Origin: Lytechinus pictus | Taxonomy: Eukaryota | Length of the DNA: 64,000 nucleotides | Direction of reading: 5' to 3' | Assembly (NCBI RefSeq): GCF_037042905.1 | Contig: NC_087251.1 | Span: forward strand, 31,932,001-31,996,000 | In this document: in pieces, positions 62,673-64,000 of the stretch | How positions within the stretch are numbered: the stretch's first letter is position 1 | Layout: each line of letters opens with the position of its first letter | The notes under the pieces: model-generated | Databases searched by the model: none | Told to the model about the DNA's origin: nothing | What the model saw: only the letters and a program-made list of their open reading frames with translations | Program-made: the position numbers and the translations under genes

Positions 62673-64000
62673 GTACGAAAGTGCATTAGCTATCATAATC
62701 TTTGGTTTAATAAGGTTTAGATCTCTGAAAAAAATATATATATTCTTTTTAAGTTGACTATATTTAGATCTATATTTTCATAAATTCTAAATGTCAATGA
62801 AATAAAAATAACAGTTAAATTGTGATTCAGATCAGGCCTTTCACTTTCAGGGTGACCAGATGATAGATCCGGGGGGGGGGGGGGGGGGGCACTCAGTATA
62901 TAATGCATAGTGCCGTGGAGGGGACCCCCATTTTTACACTCAAATTTCTGTTCCAGGGCATGACATTTTTATCTTATCAGAGCTACCAAGTCTCAAACAT
63001 TGTGCGTGAGACTCGCGCATCGAGGGTCCGTCTCACGCATGGCACCCATTTTTCTCACGCATCGGGACCCGACAGAAAAAGCCTTCGCATGCCGTCGCGT
63101 CTACCCCGGCACGTGAGACGAATCGAGAGTGCAGTCAGCGCACAGCTAGTACGTGATACGATGAATCGCGTGCGTGCATCGCATGGTTTTGTAGTATGGA
63201 TCAATATCGTGATAAAGCCCATATCTCGCGAGTTGCGCGCGTGCCTTTTCGAAACGTACAAGTGTAAGTACTGGCTGCGCGCGTGCAGAGTCGCCGAGTC
63301 ATGAAAATCTCACTTATAACATTTTTTTAAACTTGGCATCTCTGTCTTATTGAGAAAAAAAACTAAGAAAGTCGCTCCGAAGCGTAGCATTTTCTTCTTA
63401 TCGAGAGAAAAGAAGAAAGAAATCCGCTCCAAAGCTTCGCATATTTTTTGTTACGCTGTTCCAGTAGCATTGATCCGCCACAATGAGCTGCAATTTTGGT
63501 GAAAAGCAGCCGCAGAGCGCTGTCCGACCATCGCCTCTGCGCGATCGCACCCGGCGGGCTGGGCTAGCTGCATACACGTATGCCTGTTCCAAAGGGATGC
63601 ACACGCAGGCGACCCCAGGGTGACCAATTTTCACAAAATGAAATACGGGACAATCGACAAAGCACGCTGCACGAGCTGAATGACAGAACTAGGCCTTAAT
63701 TTTTAAAACAGATCAACAGAGAAGGCTACACGATGTTAGACTTGTGAAAAAATGTAAAGAATTGGAAGGGAGGGTGGACGAAAGAATGAAGGAGAGAAAG
63801 AAAAGGGATGAATTGAGAAGATAGAAAGAAAACGAAGGGGAAAATGAAGAAAATAAGAAAAAAATAAAAGGATGAAAGAAAGGATATAGTAGAGAAAAAA
63901 GGTTTCCCTCATTCTTTGAAATGAATATAAAAAGAAAGGAAGGGAAGATGAATAAATATGTGAAAGAAATAATAAAGGACAGCCAAAGGAAAAAGAAAAA

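Overview
AT-rich, intron-rich animal genomic DNA; gene structures and repeat types suggest an echinoderm such as a sea urchin (inference, not verified). Three spliced protein-coding genes were reconstructed by hand from GT-AG boundaries: (1) the 3' part of a selenoprotein W-type gene (+; coding exons 6146-6199, 7997-8071, 13582-13653; separate 3'UTR exon from 15255 with a canonical SECIS at about 15286-15355; the Sec-codon exon was not found and probably lies upstream of the window); (2) a complete DPY30 gene (+; 4 coding exons, 109 aa); (3) a complete Symplekin gene (-; 27 coding exons, about 1236 aa) converging on DPY30. Almost all other ORFs in the track are repeat artefacts. The non-coding DNA is full of non-autonomous transposons whose ends and target-site duplications (TSDs) can be read directly: a 7.2-kb foldback-like element with about 930-bp inverted arms and an 8-bp TSD in DPY30 intron 1, a 782-bp near-perfect palindrome in a Symplekin intron, a 3.65-kb Helitron nested in other elements, HINE/DINE-1-like elements with DR1 arrays, twin 1.4-kb hAT-type elements, TTAA-specific MITEs and tRNA-derived SINEs. 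No transposase ORF, CRISPR array, rRNA or genuine tRNA gene was found, and I cannot support a wholly new gene system. The best leads are the SECIS/terminal-UGA arrangement and the long dsRNA-forming foldback elements.
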